Positions 25,529 to 39,844 of a DNA stretch of 64,000 nt are shown here, one piece after another. Source of the DNA: Vicugna vicugna. Its lineage: Eukaryota. Both the position numbers and the translations under genes were made by a program. Below the pieces are notes generated by a model, which was not told the DNA's origin, did no database searches, and was given only the letters and a program-made list of their open reading frames with translations. Every line of letters starts with the position of its first letter. Position 1 is the stretch's first letter. The stretch covers positions 4,612,782 to 4,676,781 of the forward strand of contig MU062166.1 in assembly GCA_013265495.1 (NCBI GenBank). Direction: 5' to 3'.

Positions 25529-26104
25529 ACGTGGCAAAGGTGACAAGATCACAGAGTGAGTAAGATAAAGTCCTAGGGTCATGGAAAAGCTGCCTTCTCA
25601 ATTAGCTGAGTGTGTTTATCTTGCCCAGTTGACTAAATGAGGGCTTTTCTCTCTTTTGACATAAAGACTCTGCACAAGGTCCTTCCCTGTATTGTGCTTG
25701 GTTTTCATGCTGATGCAAAACTCAGACGTCAGTCTCCCCAGGCTCCCTCCTGAGGAGCTGGGGTAAACACAGCTGAGAGCAGTCACGCCGGGGAGCTCCA
25801 GCACAGAGCCTCAGCACCCCGCCACTCGCCAGAGCGGGGGCACCATCTCTCAGGAATGCAAGATGGTCAGCTGGTGTCTGCAGGGCTGGGTTCCCTTCAC
25901 AGGAAGAGTACGCTGCAAACAAACGTTAAAAAAGAAAAAAGCCCAGGAATTGAACATACCCTCTTGTTACACAGGAAGAACTCTAAATTAGGATAGCTTT
26001 TCTCAAGTGATTTGCAAAGCAGCTAAAAACCAAACTACTTAGGGAGTCCCCTAAGACAGCAGCACTCAGAATGAAGCTGTTTAGGGTGAAAATGGGACCA
26101 TCTA

Positions 26105-26360
26105 TCAAAAAAGATCCAGTGAGTCCACCGCTAGAAATATGTCCTAGAAAAATATCCACTCAGGTGCCCAATAGGTATGTGCAAAGCTTGTCAGTGGAGC
26201 TTCTCTTGTAACTGGAAAACAGAGGATGCACAGAGGCAAAAACCCAGCAACAGCGGGATGATTACATAAATCATACGATGTCCGTGACAGAGAGCATGTG
26301 GGCCATGAGGAAGAATGAAGCAGAGAGACACGTACAGACGTGGAAGGGTGTCCACGCTAA
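26105..26360 (+). mobile_element. Degraded old L1 (L1ME-like) ORF2-end fragment
   Basis: ccgctagaaatatgtcctagaaaaat...tatgtgcaaagcttgtcagtggagc...aagaatgaagcagagagacacgtacagacgtggaagggtgtcc. Confidence 0.45.
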
Positions 26361-28784
26361 TGATGGCGACAGTTTCATCAACTTTCACCATTAAAAAGCC
26401 TTACTTCTAGAGGAAATCCAGAATAATGTATCACGCTAATTTCTCAGATGCCTTATTTTGCTCCTGGGGTGGTTCAAGTAGAAGCCAAAGCTTTCAGCCC
26501 ATCTGAGCAAACAAAAAAACGCCTCCCCCTTTGGTAACAAACCACAGGAGAAGTTGAACAATAAAACCTCATTTGTTTTCTCAGAGGCAAACTCAGACCC
26601 TGAAAATAAAAGTCATTCTAGATAATTCCTTGCTATAAGCCTCATCTAAAGAGAAGCTTCAAAAGAGTCCTCTGGATCACAAAAGGTTCCCAGTCTGAAT
26701 TCCACTTCTCTTCTCACTGCCCAAGGCAGACGGGCGGCCTCAGGCTGGCCTGCAACCCTCCGACTGCCCACTGATCAATGGGCGATGGTTTCACATACAG
26801 AACAGTTTTGTTTCTTTTGTCGAAAGCTAAAATTTAAAGGACTAAATCCTTCATCTTTCAGTCTCAGTCCAGAATGTATACTGAACCAAATACAATGAGG
26901 AATTAATTCCTTTTTCAAATAAAGTACAATGACCCAAAGATTCTCCCAGAACAATACCCAATGCCTGTCTTGAAAAAGAGCACTTCCATCCTGGAATGAC
27001 AGGGAAGATGCTTGGGGCACCATCTGACCTGCGATTTGCCCATCTATTTGAGATGGACTGGCTTCCTACAGGTCTTGCTTGACAGAATTCTCTAAGGGGG
27101 AGGCTCTGGGAAGAGAGAAAATGTAGTTCTATCTAGATCCAGGAATCTTCACCCTTCTCTACCATCTTCTCACTGTGGCAGTTTGGGGTCTTTTGTACCA
27201 TGACCTGAGAACCCTAAGAGGCCAAAGCCTGTGTTTCATTCAACTGATTGTGTAAAAAACACCCTGTGGCCAAGCACAGGATACTCCATAGAGAGAGGAC
27301 TAACATCACAATACAATCAACAGAATCCTCGTTGAGCACTCAGTTCTATCTTCTCCCTCCAAAGCCAGGCCACGTCCGCACCTCATCATCTCTTCTCAGA
27401 AGGAGAAACAGAAAAACTTCCCCACAGAAACAGCAACCAGAACCCTCCCCTCAGCCATCTCTTTCCCCACCTTCCACCTGCGATGACCTCACTACTGTGG
27501 AAGAGGTGTCAGAAACTCTAGACGCCACCTTCCCAATTCAAACCTGCCCTTAAAGTCACGAGCACATCCCTGTTACAATAGGTCACTTCTTCCCTACCTT
27601 CACCCGACTGTGAAAATAAACCAAACATGAGACCTGAATGCAACTGCGGGGTGTTCCAAGGACCAATCCATAAAAGCACTCTGGAGGACGTACCATTCGG
27701 AAGGGGAAGAACTTATCAGCATCTCTGTGCTCACCTTCATGAGAACTAGCATAATACATTCCAACTGGGGTCTTTCATTAATAAAGGTGACAGTTAATTG
27801 AAGCTGTATACATTTAGGAAGAAATGTGGAAGATTCCCTGCGTTAGAATTTGCAATCTGTTAGAAACCACAAACCCCTAAATGTAAGCAACTCAAACCAT
27901 TTTTCTATTATTTCAGTTCAGCCCAGGCTTATCAAAATCTTGCTACGTTCGAGTTCATTACTGGGCACTCTGAGTGCCACTGACGAATCCAAGCTCACTT
28001 GCCCCCACACTCTGACAGCAGCACCTTCCTCTCTGCCCCCACCTGAATTATTTCCAGGTACGGTGAAGAGACCCTCTTCTTACAAAATGCTGTAAGTCAT
28101 TAACTTGTCTGTAACACTTCTGCATCCTCTTTGCCCAACTCAATGCCAAAGATTAGACAAGAGATCAAATATTAGCCCTCTCCCAGCCACCTCAGCCAGG
28201 ACCCCTGCCAGAAATCTAAAGCAATCAATAAGGTTTCCTTCCTCAACTACGGGGCAGAGGGCAACTGATGGCATGCAGAGAACATGGCAAACATGCTGAT
28301 AAGGCAAAGTTCTAGCATGCCCCATCCAGGCCAGTGTATCTGCTCCAACCCCGGGAACTGGCACCTATAGACATCACCTGCTCTCGGTGCCTGGAAGGAA
28401 TAACTCCGAGCTGGTATTAGTCCTGCAGGAAAGCATTTATCTGCTGGTCAGTACATTCAGGGCTGATGTAGCCACCCACTGGCCAGCTTTCACCCCTTGG
28501 AATTCCTGTTGTGAAACAGGTATGAAGAGCTGCTCTGTAGCAACCAAAAAGCTCGTTAAACAGTAGCCACCAAAGGAGGCTTGTGAAATCTCTGTCCTGA
28601 AGGAAATGAGAGGACCCACCACTCCTTTCGCCAGGGCTGGGCTGAGTGTGCGTGTCTTAGGCTAGAGCTATGAAACAAAGTGTGGGACCACCTAATGACA
28701 GGATGAGCGATCACATGGGTACTGTTATTCAAAAGCACCACCTGCCTACTGCATCCTCCCAATGGTGTTATGAGAAAACCATAT

Positions 28785-28885
28785 CATCACCCCCATCTTA
28801 CAGACCAGACAGCTGAGGCTCAGAAGTTCCATCACTTCCAAGGCCACAGAGTTGACAAATGATGCAAACAGAATTTGAACTGCTC
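28785..28885 (-). mobile_element. MIR SINE fragment
   Basis: ccccatcttacagaccagacagctgaggctcagaag...agaatttgaac. Confidence 0.55.
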
Positions 28886-30644
28886 CCCCATGTAATTCCC
28901 ACCAGAACCTCCAGAGGTGCTACCCGGCAAGGAGTGGAGACCCTTGACGGGTGGTATGGTACATACATGGGTTAGGAAGGAAAGGAGGAACTGGCTGCTG
29001 GAGCCACAAAAGCAACAGTTGAACCTTGCTTCCTTCTCAACCCCTGTTGCAGCTCCATGGTTCCTTGTCAACCAAACAAGCCCACTGCGGAAGGCACCGC
29101 TGTGCCCTGTTACCTGGCACGGCTCTTCCATCCTTTCTCAATAGAGGGGCTTTCTGCCTCCCTCCAGCCAGATTTCACAATGTCGAGCTGGCACGCAGAA
29201 CCAGTATCAGCATAAACACCGCGTCTTAAAGTTAGAGCAAGAAATGGGAAAGAATTCGTTGGCAGCAAAATCATGAATCTGGAAAATCAAATGAGGCCTG
29301 GCCAGGGAGCTTCTAGGTCAAGCTGCTTCAAGTTCAGAACCCCAGGCAGCTCTGTGGAGCCGAGGCCTGGGGAGCCCCAGGGAAATGCCCGGGAGCTACA
29401 CCTCGGAAGGAAGGTGAGAGGCAGGGTCCACTGCGCTCACAGCTCCAGCGGCACGGCAGTGTCCAGCTGCGTGTTACCTGCAACAAGGCAGCGTCACACA
29501 GAGAACCCAATGCTGCGTCTGGGAGCCATGATGGGACGGAAACTAGGACAGAGGAGGGTCTTCGAAAGGAGCAAGCGAATGGGTATTTTCCTAACTTCAA
29601 GAGCCTCAGTAACAAACCAGTTAATCAATGAACTAGACCACCATTTCTTCATTTATTTAAATGCTACTTTGTTCCAATGACTACCGCCCCCCACCCCCCA
29701 CCCCCAAAAAAGAGTGCAAAATTCACACTGGAGAAGTGTGGTGTCAAGGACTCTGACATGCCTCAGTCCCCTACCTGTGGCTCAGGGATCACACTGGGTC
29801 CTTTGTCTTCCCAGGATGGGGCTGCCACCCAGCAGCAAACAACTGACACGACCCCTTCTCCCCCCGGGGACAGGCTGCCAAACGCTCAGCGCCAGGTGTC
29901 AGCGCCACGGTCAGGCTCATCAGCCTGTGCCCGGAATAACAGACTTCCTTCCTCCCAAACACACACCTGCGGGGCAGTCAGCGCCGGGGCGGACTCCTTC
30001 CTGCTTTCGGGCTGAGTCCTATCACGTCCGGAGCGCAGTCACAGCGGGTTTCTGTCAAGGGCCAGTGGACAGCACCATCCTGGTGCCGAGCTGTCGAGCA
30101 AGTCGGGGCTGGCGAGGGGGCCTGAGCGATCCCCACGCAGCCAGAAGGGACGTCTGGCCCCTGACAAGCTCCCAACCATCCACGGAGACACTGTCTGCCG
30201 CTTACAGCTCTGGTCTCGGGAGGACAAATTTCTGGAAAGTAGATGGGTGGGGAGAAGGCACAGCTGGCCTCTAGATCCAGGGGTATGTATGGTCCCACTT
30301 CTGATGCACTTTACTCCCCAAAATATCCATTGCCAGGTGAAAAGCTCATATGTTATCTGATGGTCTCTGGGAATGCAGGGCTGGACACCAAAAGGAGGAA
30401 AAGTTCCTAATTCAAGGCCAAAAAAAGGGTCTACGTGAGTAAGAAGTAGCAAGCGGCCTTCTGAATACTTCCACATCTCTCTTTCTCTCCCCTCTTCTCT
30501 CTCTGTCTCACTTTTTGGGGTTTTTCGGGCAACAAAGAGCTGAACATGGAGTTCCCCTTTCTAGATGGGCTGCAGCAGCCACTGCTGGTCTACACCACAG
30601 AGTGATCCTGAAACAGACATCAGAGTGAGGCGCACGCAGCATTA

Positions 30645-30765
30645 ACCTAGACTCAGCTGCAGAGTTCCTTCAAGTCCTTGGCCAGTCAGTTACCCGCCTG
30701 GATGCTGCATTTCCTCAGCTGTAAAATGGGGTGAGAGGTGGAGGTAATGAGACCAACTCCATGAA
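30645..30765 (+). mobile_element. MIR SINE fragment
   Basis: ccttggccagtcagttacc...gcatttcctcagctgtaaaatgggg. Confidence 0.55.
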
Positions 30766-31093
30766 CGTGAGGCTGCCGAACTCAACGACCCTCTTCTGCA
30801 AGTTCAAGCAGCTATCTGAGTCCCGGGACATCCGCGATGACAGCATCAACCACAGGTGGAAACCTCAGCAGGACCAGCAAGTGTCAGCCGTTGGCTGGTT
30901 CTGTCGGTCCCAACGCAGCATCCAGTTTGTTTAATAAAACTCCCAGGTGAGTCCACGAAAGCTGTGTAAGATGTCTTCTAACTGCCACAGGAGTTTCCAG
31001 GCTTGGGGAGGAGGAAAGCAGCCCCTGCAGCTGGCTGCCCGGGGACCAACTGGATGTTTCCACCTGTTAACCCAACAGACTCCTCACAGTCAC

Positions 31094-31550
31094 TGCAGGG
31101 GGCTGAACTGTGGCCCCAGAAAAGACAAGCCCACGTCCTAACCCCTGGAGCCTGTGAACATGATCCTATTTGGAAATAAAATCTTTGTGATTAGGTTAAG
31201 TCTCTCAAGATGAGATCATCCTGGATTTAAGGTGCGCCCTAAACCCAATGACAGGTGTCCTCATAAGAGAAAGGCAGAGGGAGACTTGAGAAGACCCAGA
31301 AAGGAAAGCCACGGAAGACAAAGCTGGAGATGGAGTGATGTGTCCACAAGCCAAGGACTGCTGACAGCCACAGAAGCTGGGGCAGAGGCGTAAACAGATT
31401 CACCCTGAGAGTCTCCAGAAGGAACCAACCCTGCGGACCCCTTGACTTCAGACTTTTGGCCCTTAGAACTGACAAGAGAATGAATTCCTATTGTTTTAAG
31501 CCACCCAGCTCATGATGATCTGTTACAGCAGCCCCTAGGAAACTGATACA
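31094..31550 (+). mobile_element. MLT1 (MaLR) solo LTR
   Basis: ctgaactgtggcccc...cctgtgaacatgatcctatttggaaat...aagccaagga...ttgttttaagccacccag...tgttacagcagcccctaggaaactgataca; typical TG...CA LTR ends. Confidence 0.85.
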
Positions 31551-34500
31551 ACCATCCCAGGGACGAGGTACGTGCCATCATTCCATGTTACTGATGAGCA
31601 ATTCAAGCCCAGAGAGGCTGAGCCGTTTGTCCCAGTTTGCTGGGTACCCAGCGTGCGGGCTGATGGACCCACTACGCTCACGACACCAGGCTGCCTTGGT
31701 CTCACGTGAGTGAGTCTCAGCGGCTTCATTGTCAGACACGAGGAGAGTGAATCCAAAAGTTAAGTGGCTTCTCCCAGGTTGCAGCTTCTTGGTGGCAAGG
31801 CCCCAGGCAGGATCCAGTGCTTCAACCTCATTCACTGATGAGCTAACCACTTGCCACCTCCCAGAGCCAGCTATTTTGAGAGCCCGTCTTATTATCACCA
31901 CAATTACCGAGACGTGGAGCTTCACACTCATTTTCCCTTGCAACTAAATGGCTGAAAAGTAATGGTGTCAATTTTAATGAGGATCAAGCAAGGCTCCTAA
32001 AAGGGCTCCCATAAACAAAAGCATGTCCCTCACATACAACAATGGCTCGCTGTTTAATTCCAGAACACAAAAACGTCACTTAAATTACACGGCTTTTACA
32101 TTAAAGTGGTTATGGGAATGCCTTTCCAAGGAAGAATTTCAATAAAAAGATCTCCCCCGGTTTGATGCTTCGTAATATCTGAACTCCAAGCCTGCGTATC
32201 ATAGCAACAAAAATAAAACCTCGGAGAATGTGAACCAGAACGGACCTCACTTTCTCTGGGAAAGAGTCTCCGGTTTTCTGTGAAACAGAGACGTGGCTGA
32301 GAGCTGTTATGACGCAGCGATATGTTAAACCCGGACCTGAGAGCCACTAGAAATTCGCTGTTCAAGCCTGAATCCCTTTTGTTTGACTTTGTTGAGATGT
32401 TCAGAATGACTGTCGGCCAGCCTTGTAAGTCTGCACGAGACACTCCAGCCCGACTCAATTCTTATTTTATTAGTGCTTCTCAAAGCAATTACTAGGGTTT
32501 TGAGCAAAGATTTCACACCTCCATCTTTCCTGAAAATGTCTTCTGCTCCACTGACTTTTGGCTTCTATTTATAAAGAAGGTTCAAGGCTTGGAAAATTAT
32601 TGGGGTTGAGCTTTAATGGATATTCCCAACCAGCATTGTGTCATTATTGGCCCACGTTTAGCTGGGCGATCTCCCAAACTTGTGACATAATCAGGCCTTT
32701 CTCTGCATTTCTCCATACACTCTCTGCTCCCTCAACATTACACCACTGAATCATACGCTCTTTTCAACAAGACTGATTGCCAGGGGATTAACATTAGACA
32801 GCACAATTCCATTATTCAGCAGCCCGATTCAAATCCAGCCCTAAACTCTAAGAGAGATTTCAGGGCTTCACAGAGACGAGCTGCCAAGCAAGCTCAAAGG
32901 GGAGGTGGGGCGAGGGGCTTTTGAATGTTTTACATAACAACTCAACCTAAAATCTGCTATGAGCAAGAGCCCCTGGCTGAAGTGGCCGAGATATGACTCC
33001 TGATTCCTGGAATGGCCCCAACCAATCTCACTGCACAATTTGTAGACCTCTGCAAAGCCATGATCCCCAAAGACTGCTACAGCACAATTATTTTATTCCC
33101 ACAATAAATTAGTTATTTTCAGAATTAAGTATTTAGAACTTTTAGCCCCAAATCTTTCTTTCCTTAAATAGAAACACTTTCATGTCAAACTCAGGATACA
33201 CGAGGCCCAAAGTAAAATCCAAGTCGTGCGCTCTTTGATCAATAGGCTTTGGTACGTCAATGCCAAAAGAAATGTTAACTGTTTTCTTCTCGTCTTTGAA
33301 TGTTACTTCTCTTTGTGTTTGTTCTGTAAAATATCTGTACATAGTGATTCTCACTAAGAAACATTTCACAATCTCTGTGAGAAAAGAGGGCTCTAAAATT
33401 TAGGTTTTTACAAGTATCTATAGACTCTCCATCATACAAAAACCTTTCAAATTTCACAATAAGGTGTCTGAATAACAAATGCTACTTTTTCACTGAATAC
33501 TGCAAATGGAAATAAAGATTATATCATGCTTTCTAAGGCAGAGTTTCTTATGGATTTAATTTAACTTGATAGGAAATTAAAATGGTTTTCTATCTAATTT
33601 TCAGTTAACCTAAAACTTCAATTAACTTCAAATCTATGTAATGCGGTTAATCAAGTTTTTGCAAAGTATTTTAATGGCTCTTTGGGCAATTCAAATATCT
33701 ATGGGGTCTCTCTCCTCAAAAGAGTTTATATTTTATTGAAGGAGAAGAAATGCCCACATGTGAAATAATACTAGGGACACGTGTGCAGGAAATGATGGAG
33801 GAAAAAAAGGCTTTGTTTATAGATGCACAGTGGGTGGGCATGAGTTTGTGCAGTTAAAAAGGGTCACATTAAGGTGAGATGAATCAAGGTGAACTTTGAG
33901 CTGAGACCTTAGCAGGAGCCAGCAACCTGCACGTGGAGATGTGTAAATCGATGAGGTCACCCACAGCAAGGATTCAAGGACAGGCGGCCCTACAGAGAGT
34001 CAGGGTAGATGGCAAAGAGAAAAGATGGCTTCTACAAAGATCTCAGCCCACCATCCCACAACAATGAGACACATCCTACACGTAAGCTTATTAATCCCCC
34101 AACAAGACAGAGAAGCATTCTTTCTTCATCAGTTACAACAAAACCCATCATAACAGACCAAACTTGGGAAGACATTTGAGTTTCCGGGATAAGCTATGTG
34201 GACTCTTAAGATATTTCATTAAAACAGCAATATTTATCTCAACACTTTGATTAAAAGGTATTCATAAGCCCATAAAAAACTATCTTTTCATAGAAGAAAT
34301 AGCTTCTAGGAACAGACATCGAACTTGTAGTGCCCAATGACTTTCTTCCAATGTAACTGAAAGGTCCCTTAATGCTAACATTCCTCCAGCCAGCTATCAG
34401 CTCAGTCATTATAATGACTTTTTCCTTTGCTCTACAGTCAGCATTCTACAGTTGCCCTTCTTTCAAAAACAACATTCTCCTACAGCCTAACTATACCCTT

Positions 34501-34824
34501 TCCCTACGCACACTAACATTCATTAGAGTAACCTCAGCTTCCAGAACATCGGCACATCTCACACCACATCCTCGTGACACAGGGTGACGCTTGCGAACCA
34601 TGGGGGTTTATGCATAACACAGGAAACCCGGCTAATCAGGGAAAAGAAGCACTGTCAAATGATAGAAGAATCTTTCCCAAATGACAGCTTGTGTTTAGAA
34701 AAAATGAAAACAAACCAGTTCTCCTCAAAGTACAGGGAGGAACAAGACTCACTTTCACAATGTCAAATGAGTCAGGCTGCAGCAGGCTGGTGTCTGGCTG
34801 CCACTAGGGGAGAAGCAGACTCAC

Positions 34825-34948
34825 CAACAACATCGAGGTGGTACGTGTGATTGATGGACCCGTAATCATTCTCCACCACACAGGTGTAATTTCCTTTGTC
34901 GGATGGGACCACGCTTTCCATAATAAGGCTCCAATGCTGGTTTCGTAC
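34825..34948 (-). CDS. FGFR2: FGFR2 IgII second-half exon (human exon 6): [41 protein letters not shown]
   Basis: ORF 34772..34984; acceptor ttttcag; donor TTG|gtgagt; 124 nt. Confidence 0.98.
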
Positions 34949-37064
34949 CTGAAAAGATAAAAGTAAAGGTAGTCTACTGAACAATCTTAGTACAGAATAC
35001 CAGGTGCTTTGCTTTCTTGATTTAAAAAGAAGTTGAGGGAGGCAAAGAAGGTAGAAAAAGAATTACTTGAATTCTAAATTTTCCTTGTAATAAGCACTCA
35101 GAATGGTGACAAAGGAAAACAATAATTATCACCAGGGCAGATGTCTGGCTAGCTGATGTTGACATGTTCAGATACCAAAGAACATGTGGAGTGGGTCTGT
35201 CACTGTCACGGGTTGGAAGGGTCCCCTAGGAGCTGCCAAAGGGCCGGGAAACCAGAACACTAGCCTGCACGGTATCAGTGTTCCCGGGCAGGTGAGCTAC
35301 CAGACTGCTTATCCGCTAGGAACCCTCAGCCCCTCCAGCACCAAGGACCCATGGAGAGCCCACGCCAGTGAGCTCATCCTACTTGCCAGCCCGTTGCCCT
35401 GAGTGCTCCTTCCCACCTCAGCTAATTTAACCTTGACTCTCCCAAGACGCCACAAGGCAGGTGCTAATATCGCTCCTGGAGCCTTCGGGTTGAAGGCCTC
35501 TCAGATCTTTCCCCACAGCCCTCAGAGGCAGTCGGGACATCTCAAGAAGTTTCAGCTGAGAACAGAGTCTGGCCTCTCCCATCTCTGGTGGTGACTGAAT
35601 AGATGCTACAGGTTTCTTAGAGATACAGGCAGAATTCCAAATATGGGAGCAATGAATCCTTAGGAAACTTAAGTTGTGTATCTATCTGTTTACAAACTCC
35701 TTGAGACTTTTCAAAGATAAGGAACACATGCGAAGAGAAGTTATTGTGATTCCCACCCCAGTTCTGTCAACAAGAAAACAGGCTAGATTCTAATATTCCC
35801 ACCTTGCTTTTAAAATATTTCAGTAGACCCAGCTGTTCAAGTAAGCATGATTTTTCCTTATTAAGACCAAAATGCAGGTTTCATCTTTCAGGTTCATGGC
35901 TTTAATATTTCTCTTCCAATCCAAATCATTCTTTCAAGGTCTTTTGGACAAGGCATTCTGGAAAAATGGAAAGGCCAAAAAAAAAAAAAAAAAGCCAGGG
36001 CCTATGCATCTTAACTATCATTTCAGGAATTTCAACTGACCTTCTGAATGATTCCCTGAGCACTGCAAGTGTTTTCTGGCTTAATCACATAAAACCCGAT
36101 AATGCCAGCAGAGCCTTCGCAAGCACATGAGTGATTCAAGGAACTAAATTAGAGAATAAGAGAAAATCATCTCGTGGATGCTCCGTTGCAAAAAGAGGAG
36201 GGCAGAGCAGCTGTCCACGTTGAAAAGCAGAGCCGACAGAGGTAAGTGATTAGAAGAACACGCTATAGCACAACTCTTCGTGTCAGGCGTTCAGTTCAGC
36301 ACGAGCCATCACCGCAGAGTGGAGTCAGGGATGCTGAGTCCAAATACAAGATCGCTGCTCATCACTGACAGTCTTAGGGAGCACCACGTGGGTGAAGGCT
36401 GGACTCCTCTTAACAGAGCACAAGCACTGAATTAAGACTGAGTTCTGGGCTGTCACTTTGCTTCGGCTGCTGTCTGAGACTGACGCCCCCAGTACAACCA
36501 TGGAGGTGGCTGCAGAGTCTAACGTCATGGAGCTGGTGGTGGGGAGATCATCTGTCACGGGTGACATGCCTGCCAGTAAGTGAATTCAAAGGCAACAGAC
36601 CTACAATGGAGTTTACTCTCTACGTTGGCAAAGACTTGCTTTCTGCTCTTGGCTGGGCCACAGACTTTCACGAGAATCAAAACAAGAGGCTATGTTTCCT
36701 CCTAGGTGGGACAAGCACCTTCTTGGTAGGAATGTATAGAAGGAGTGTTCAGAAGGAGGACAAGATGTGGATGCTAAAATTTCCAGGGCAAGGAGAACTG
36801 TCTATCTAAATCCTGGCCCCCTAGGGGCTACCCAGGGGCTGTAGGCTCAGAGTGTGGAAAAGGCAGGTGCTAGCTCCTTGATTTAACCACAGTGGGACCC
36901 TCCCTCTCCCCAAGTTCTCAGAAATATCAGGAATGGGACCCTGGGGCCTCTGAGGAACCAGTCACGTGGAGGGTAACTGAGGCCCTAACGTCACCAAGCC
37001 ACGTAATCCAGCATTTAGCCCTGCTGTAAATATTCAGTTCTTTGAGCCCCCGCTCAAATGTCAT

Positions 37065-37190
37065 GCCCATAAGCCCTTAATCATTGCTAGTGCCTGACTC
37101 TGGACCCTTTCCAAACTGTCAATGTCTTTCTTGTGCCTGGATCCAGATCTGGCACAGAGCGTATTCCAAATGGAGCTGAACCTGAACCGC
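37065..37190 (-). mobile_element. CR1/L3 LINE ORF2 (reverse transcriptase C-terminal) fossil
   Basis: Two minus frames give QLHLEYALCQIW and KKDIDSLERVQSQALAMIKGL, matching the CR1-type motif RPHLEYCVQFWxPxxKKDIxxLERVQRRATKMIxGL with a frameshift. Confidence 0.75.
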
Positions 37191-38449
37191 GCAGGGAGGG
37201 CAGCGTCTGCCTCGGCCCGAGACATTAAATCTTGGCCAGTGCAGCCTGGCATGCCGCTGTCTTTTTTTTTTAACCTGAGGGCACACGGTCAGCTCCAGCC
37301 CTTCGCCGGGGCTGTGGCATTCCACGGTAAGATCCCTCTCCAAGGGCATGTGTTCCCTGAGTGTTTACTTCCTAGAGATGCACTACAATAATGTTAATAC
37401 GTCAACATTTATAAAATGCTTTCCCAACGAGAAACACATTTACCAAACAGGGTGTTTCTGCCCCTTCCAGGGACCTTGGTACTCAATCAACAGTGCCCCA
37501 CATAGCCCTGTTAATATTTATTTTCTTACACCATGGCTCCAGGATTTGATTCCTTGACATATCACCAATCCCAAATTTTATGAGCTGTGGCATTTTCCGA
37601 ACGGATGCCCTTGGTAGCCGCCAACAGGGAGACTGACACTTTTGCAGGGGACATCCTACCATTAACTAGCGGTTGCTTAATGACAAGCTACAAACAGTAA
37701 CTCTCCAAAGATGGGGAACAAAGATCCCTGTGTTTTTATAAACACTCTGTTTCCACGCCAAGATTCAGCGTAAACATAAAGAAACTGCAAAAAATGTTAA
37801 GATGTCATCTTCAACACGGTTTTTCTCAATTTCTCAGCTTTTTAATGCTCGGTTTGGTCAAATAGCACATAAACCACCTTGGCTTTCACAGAAGANNNNN
37901 NNNNNNNNNNNNNNNNNNNNNNNNNNNNNNNNNNNNNNNNNNNNNNNNNNNNNNNNNNNNNNNNNNNNNNNNNNNNNNNNNNNNNNNNNNNNNNNNNNNN
38001 NNNNNNNNNNNNNNNNNNNNNNNNNNNATTGAGTATTCGGTGAGGGTGGGGGGAACAGAGATTCAAACTGATAGGAGGAACAGCAGGTGAGAAAAACCCT
38101 TCTGTAAAATAATTTGCTATATCTGTTAAAATTAGCAATGCACATTGTTTTTTGGACCCAGTTAATTCCAATTCTGGAAATCAAGCCTACACAGAAAATA
38201 GCACGATTGCTTCAAGGCATATAACAGGACTGATGCTTCAAGCATCGGTTTGTAACAGAGAAAACTGCAATCTATCAAGAGGAGACTCATTAATAATGAA
38301 GAGTTTATTCCAAAAGAAGAGCATACAGTCATTAAAAAGAATGAGGTATTCTTATGCTCAATCCTGGTAAAATACTATTAATAGTTATTGATAAATAAAA
38401 CAAGTAGCCGGAATACAACTATATATACCCATGATTTCATTTTGTGGAA

Positions 38450-38468
38450 ACACACACACACACACACA
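38450..38468 (+). repeat. (AC)9 microsatellite inside a probable degraded L1ME 3' fragment
   Basis: The repeat is directly visible; the L1ME context is by resemblance only. Confidence 0.8.
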
Positions 38469-39844
38469 ACCATATAGGTACCCATAGGCCCGAATCTGTA
38501 AGCATGACTTGTAAACACACAGGTAAAATCAGAAAGAAAATATATTAAATCATTGGCAACATACTTTATATAATTAAGTAGTGGGATTACAGATGTTTAC
38601 TCTTTGCATTTTCACTTCTCAAATTTAAACAGAAATCTCGCGCACGCACGACAAAAAAGTGAAATAAAACGTCTCTCTCCGCCTCCCTCGGGCAGCGGTC
38701 GCCCTGCAGCATCTCTGACTTCTCCGGCCTGGCCGACTGAACACGGAAGCCAGGGAGAGGAGAAACCCTGCATCAACCGACACAGTGCAGCTCCTTCCTT
38801 TCATTCCTGCTCAGGGCCAAATCTTTGCGGAATGCATCAGTATTTTTTCATCTGCCAAGGACCAAAACGAGAGAGCGTGGGGTTTCAAAACTACGTTCAC
38901 TAAAGACTTTAAAAAAATACACTTCAACACTGCAACCGAGGCAACTGAAGCTAATAGCCTAAACTCTCTTACTTGTAATAAAATTGAATCCACAAACATT
39001 CCACCTGCTGTCATTCTAAAGACAAAAGGTGGCCCAGACAGGTTTCTTTGGAATTCCTGTTACCTAAAGCCTCCTGGTTGCATGTTAAACCCCCAGTCTT
39101 CAGCTGGGAATGTCAACTGAGTCTGTGTGACACCAAAACACCTAGGTGAAAGGTGGGAGGCCAAAGACCCAGCTGTCACCTGGATGTTTGCTTTCCACGT
39201 TGCAAAAAACTCTGGACATTTCCAAATACCCAGGTGTTTGATAACAAGCAGAATAAATATCCAGAAGCTGGATGGAAAGTTTAGCTCTGGGCCAAGGCGA
39301 TGAACGCTGTGTTCGTATGATGGTAATCCTCCTTCCACCAGCATCAGGGCCCAAATTATGGAGAAGGACAGCAATCCCTTTACACCCTGGGCTTTATAAG
39401 GTGACCCATGAACTACAGTTCAACACAGACTAGTTGTTATTAGAATGCATTAAAACCTTACTATCCCACTCCAGACCCCTATTTTCAGCTGGTTCCTGGG
39501 GGACTTCAAACCATCTCTCTGGGATGTGTACACACCACCTGAGCTTACATGTGCCAAGGGCTGTGGCACCAACTGCTGCCTATCACCACACAGACGTGGA
39601 GGCAAATAGCTGTTTAATGCTTCAACTCCAAGAAGTTTGCTTTTCAGGAGGTGTCTGAACAAGAGCTGGATGAGCTCTGATCTTCAAGGATCAGTGGCAG
39701 AAACTCTTCCCTCTACTCAGTCAACAGTGTATTTCTCCAGGGGAGGTGGGAAGTAAATTACAAAATGCAAGGCTGTTCTTAGATGCCTGTTCCCTGGTGG
39801 TGCCCAGAAAGGTACATCCACTGCCTTTTGAACTTAACTCAAAA

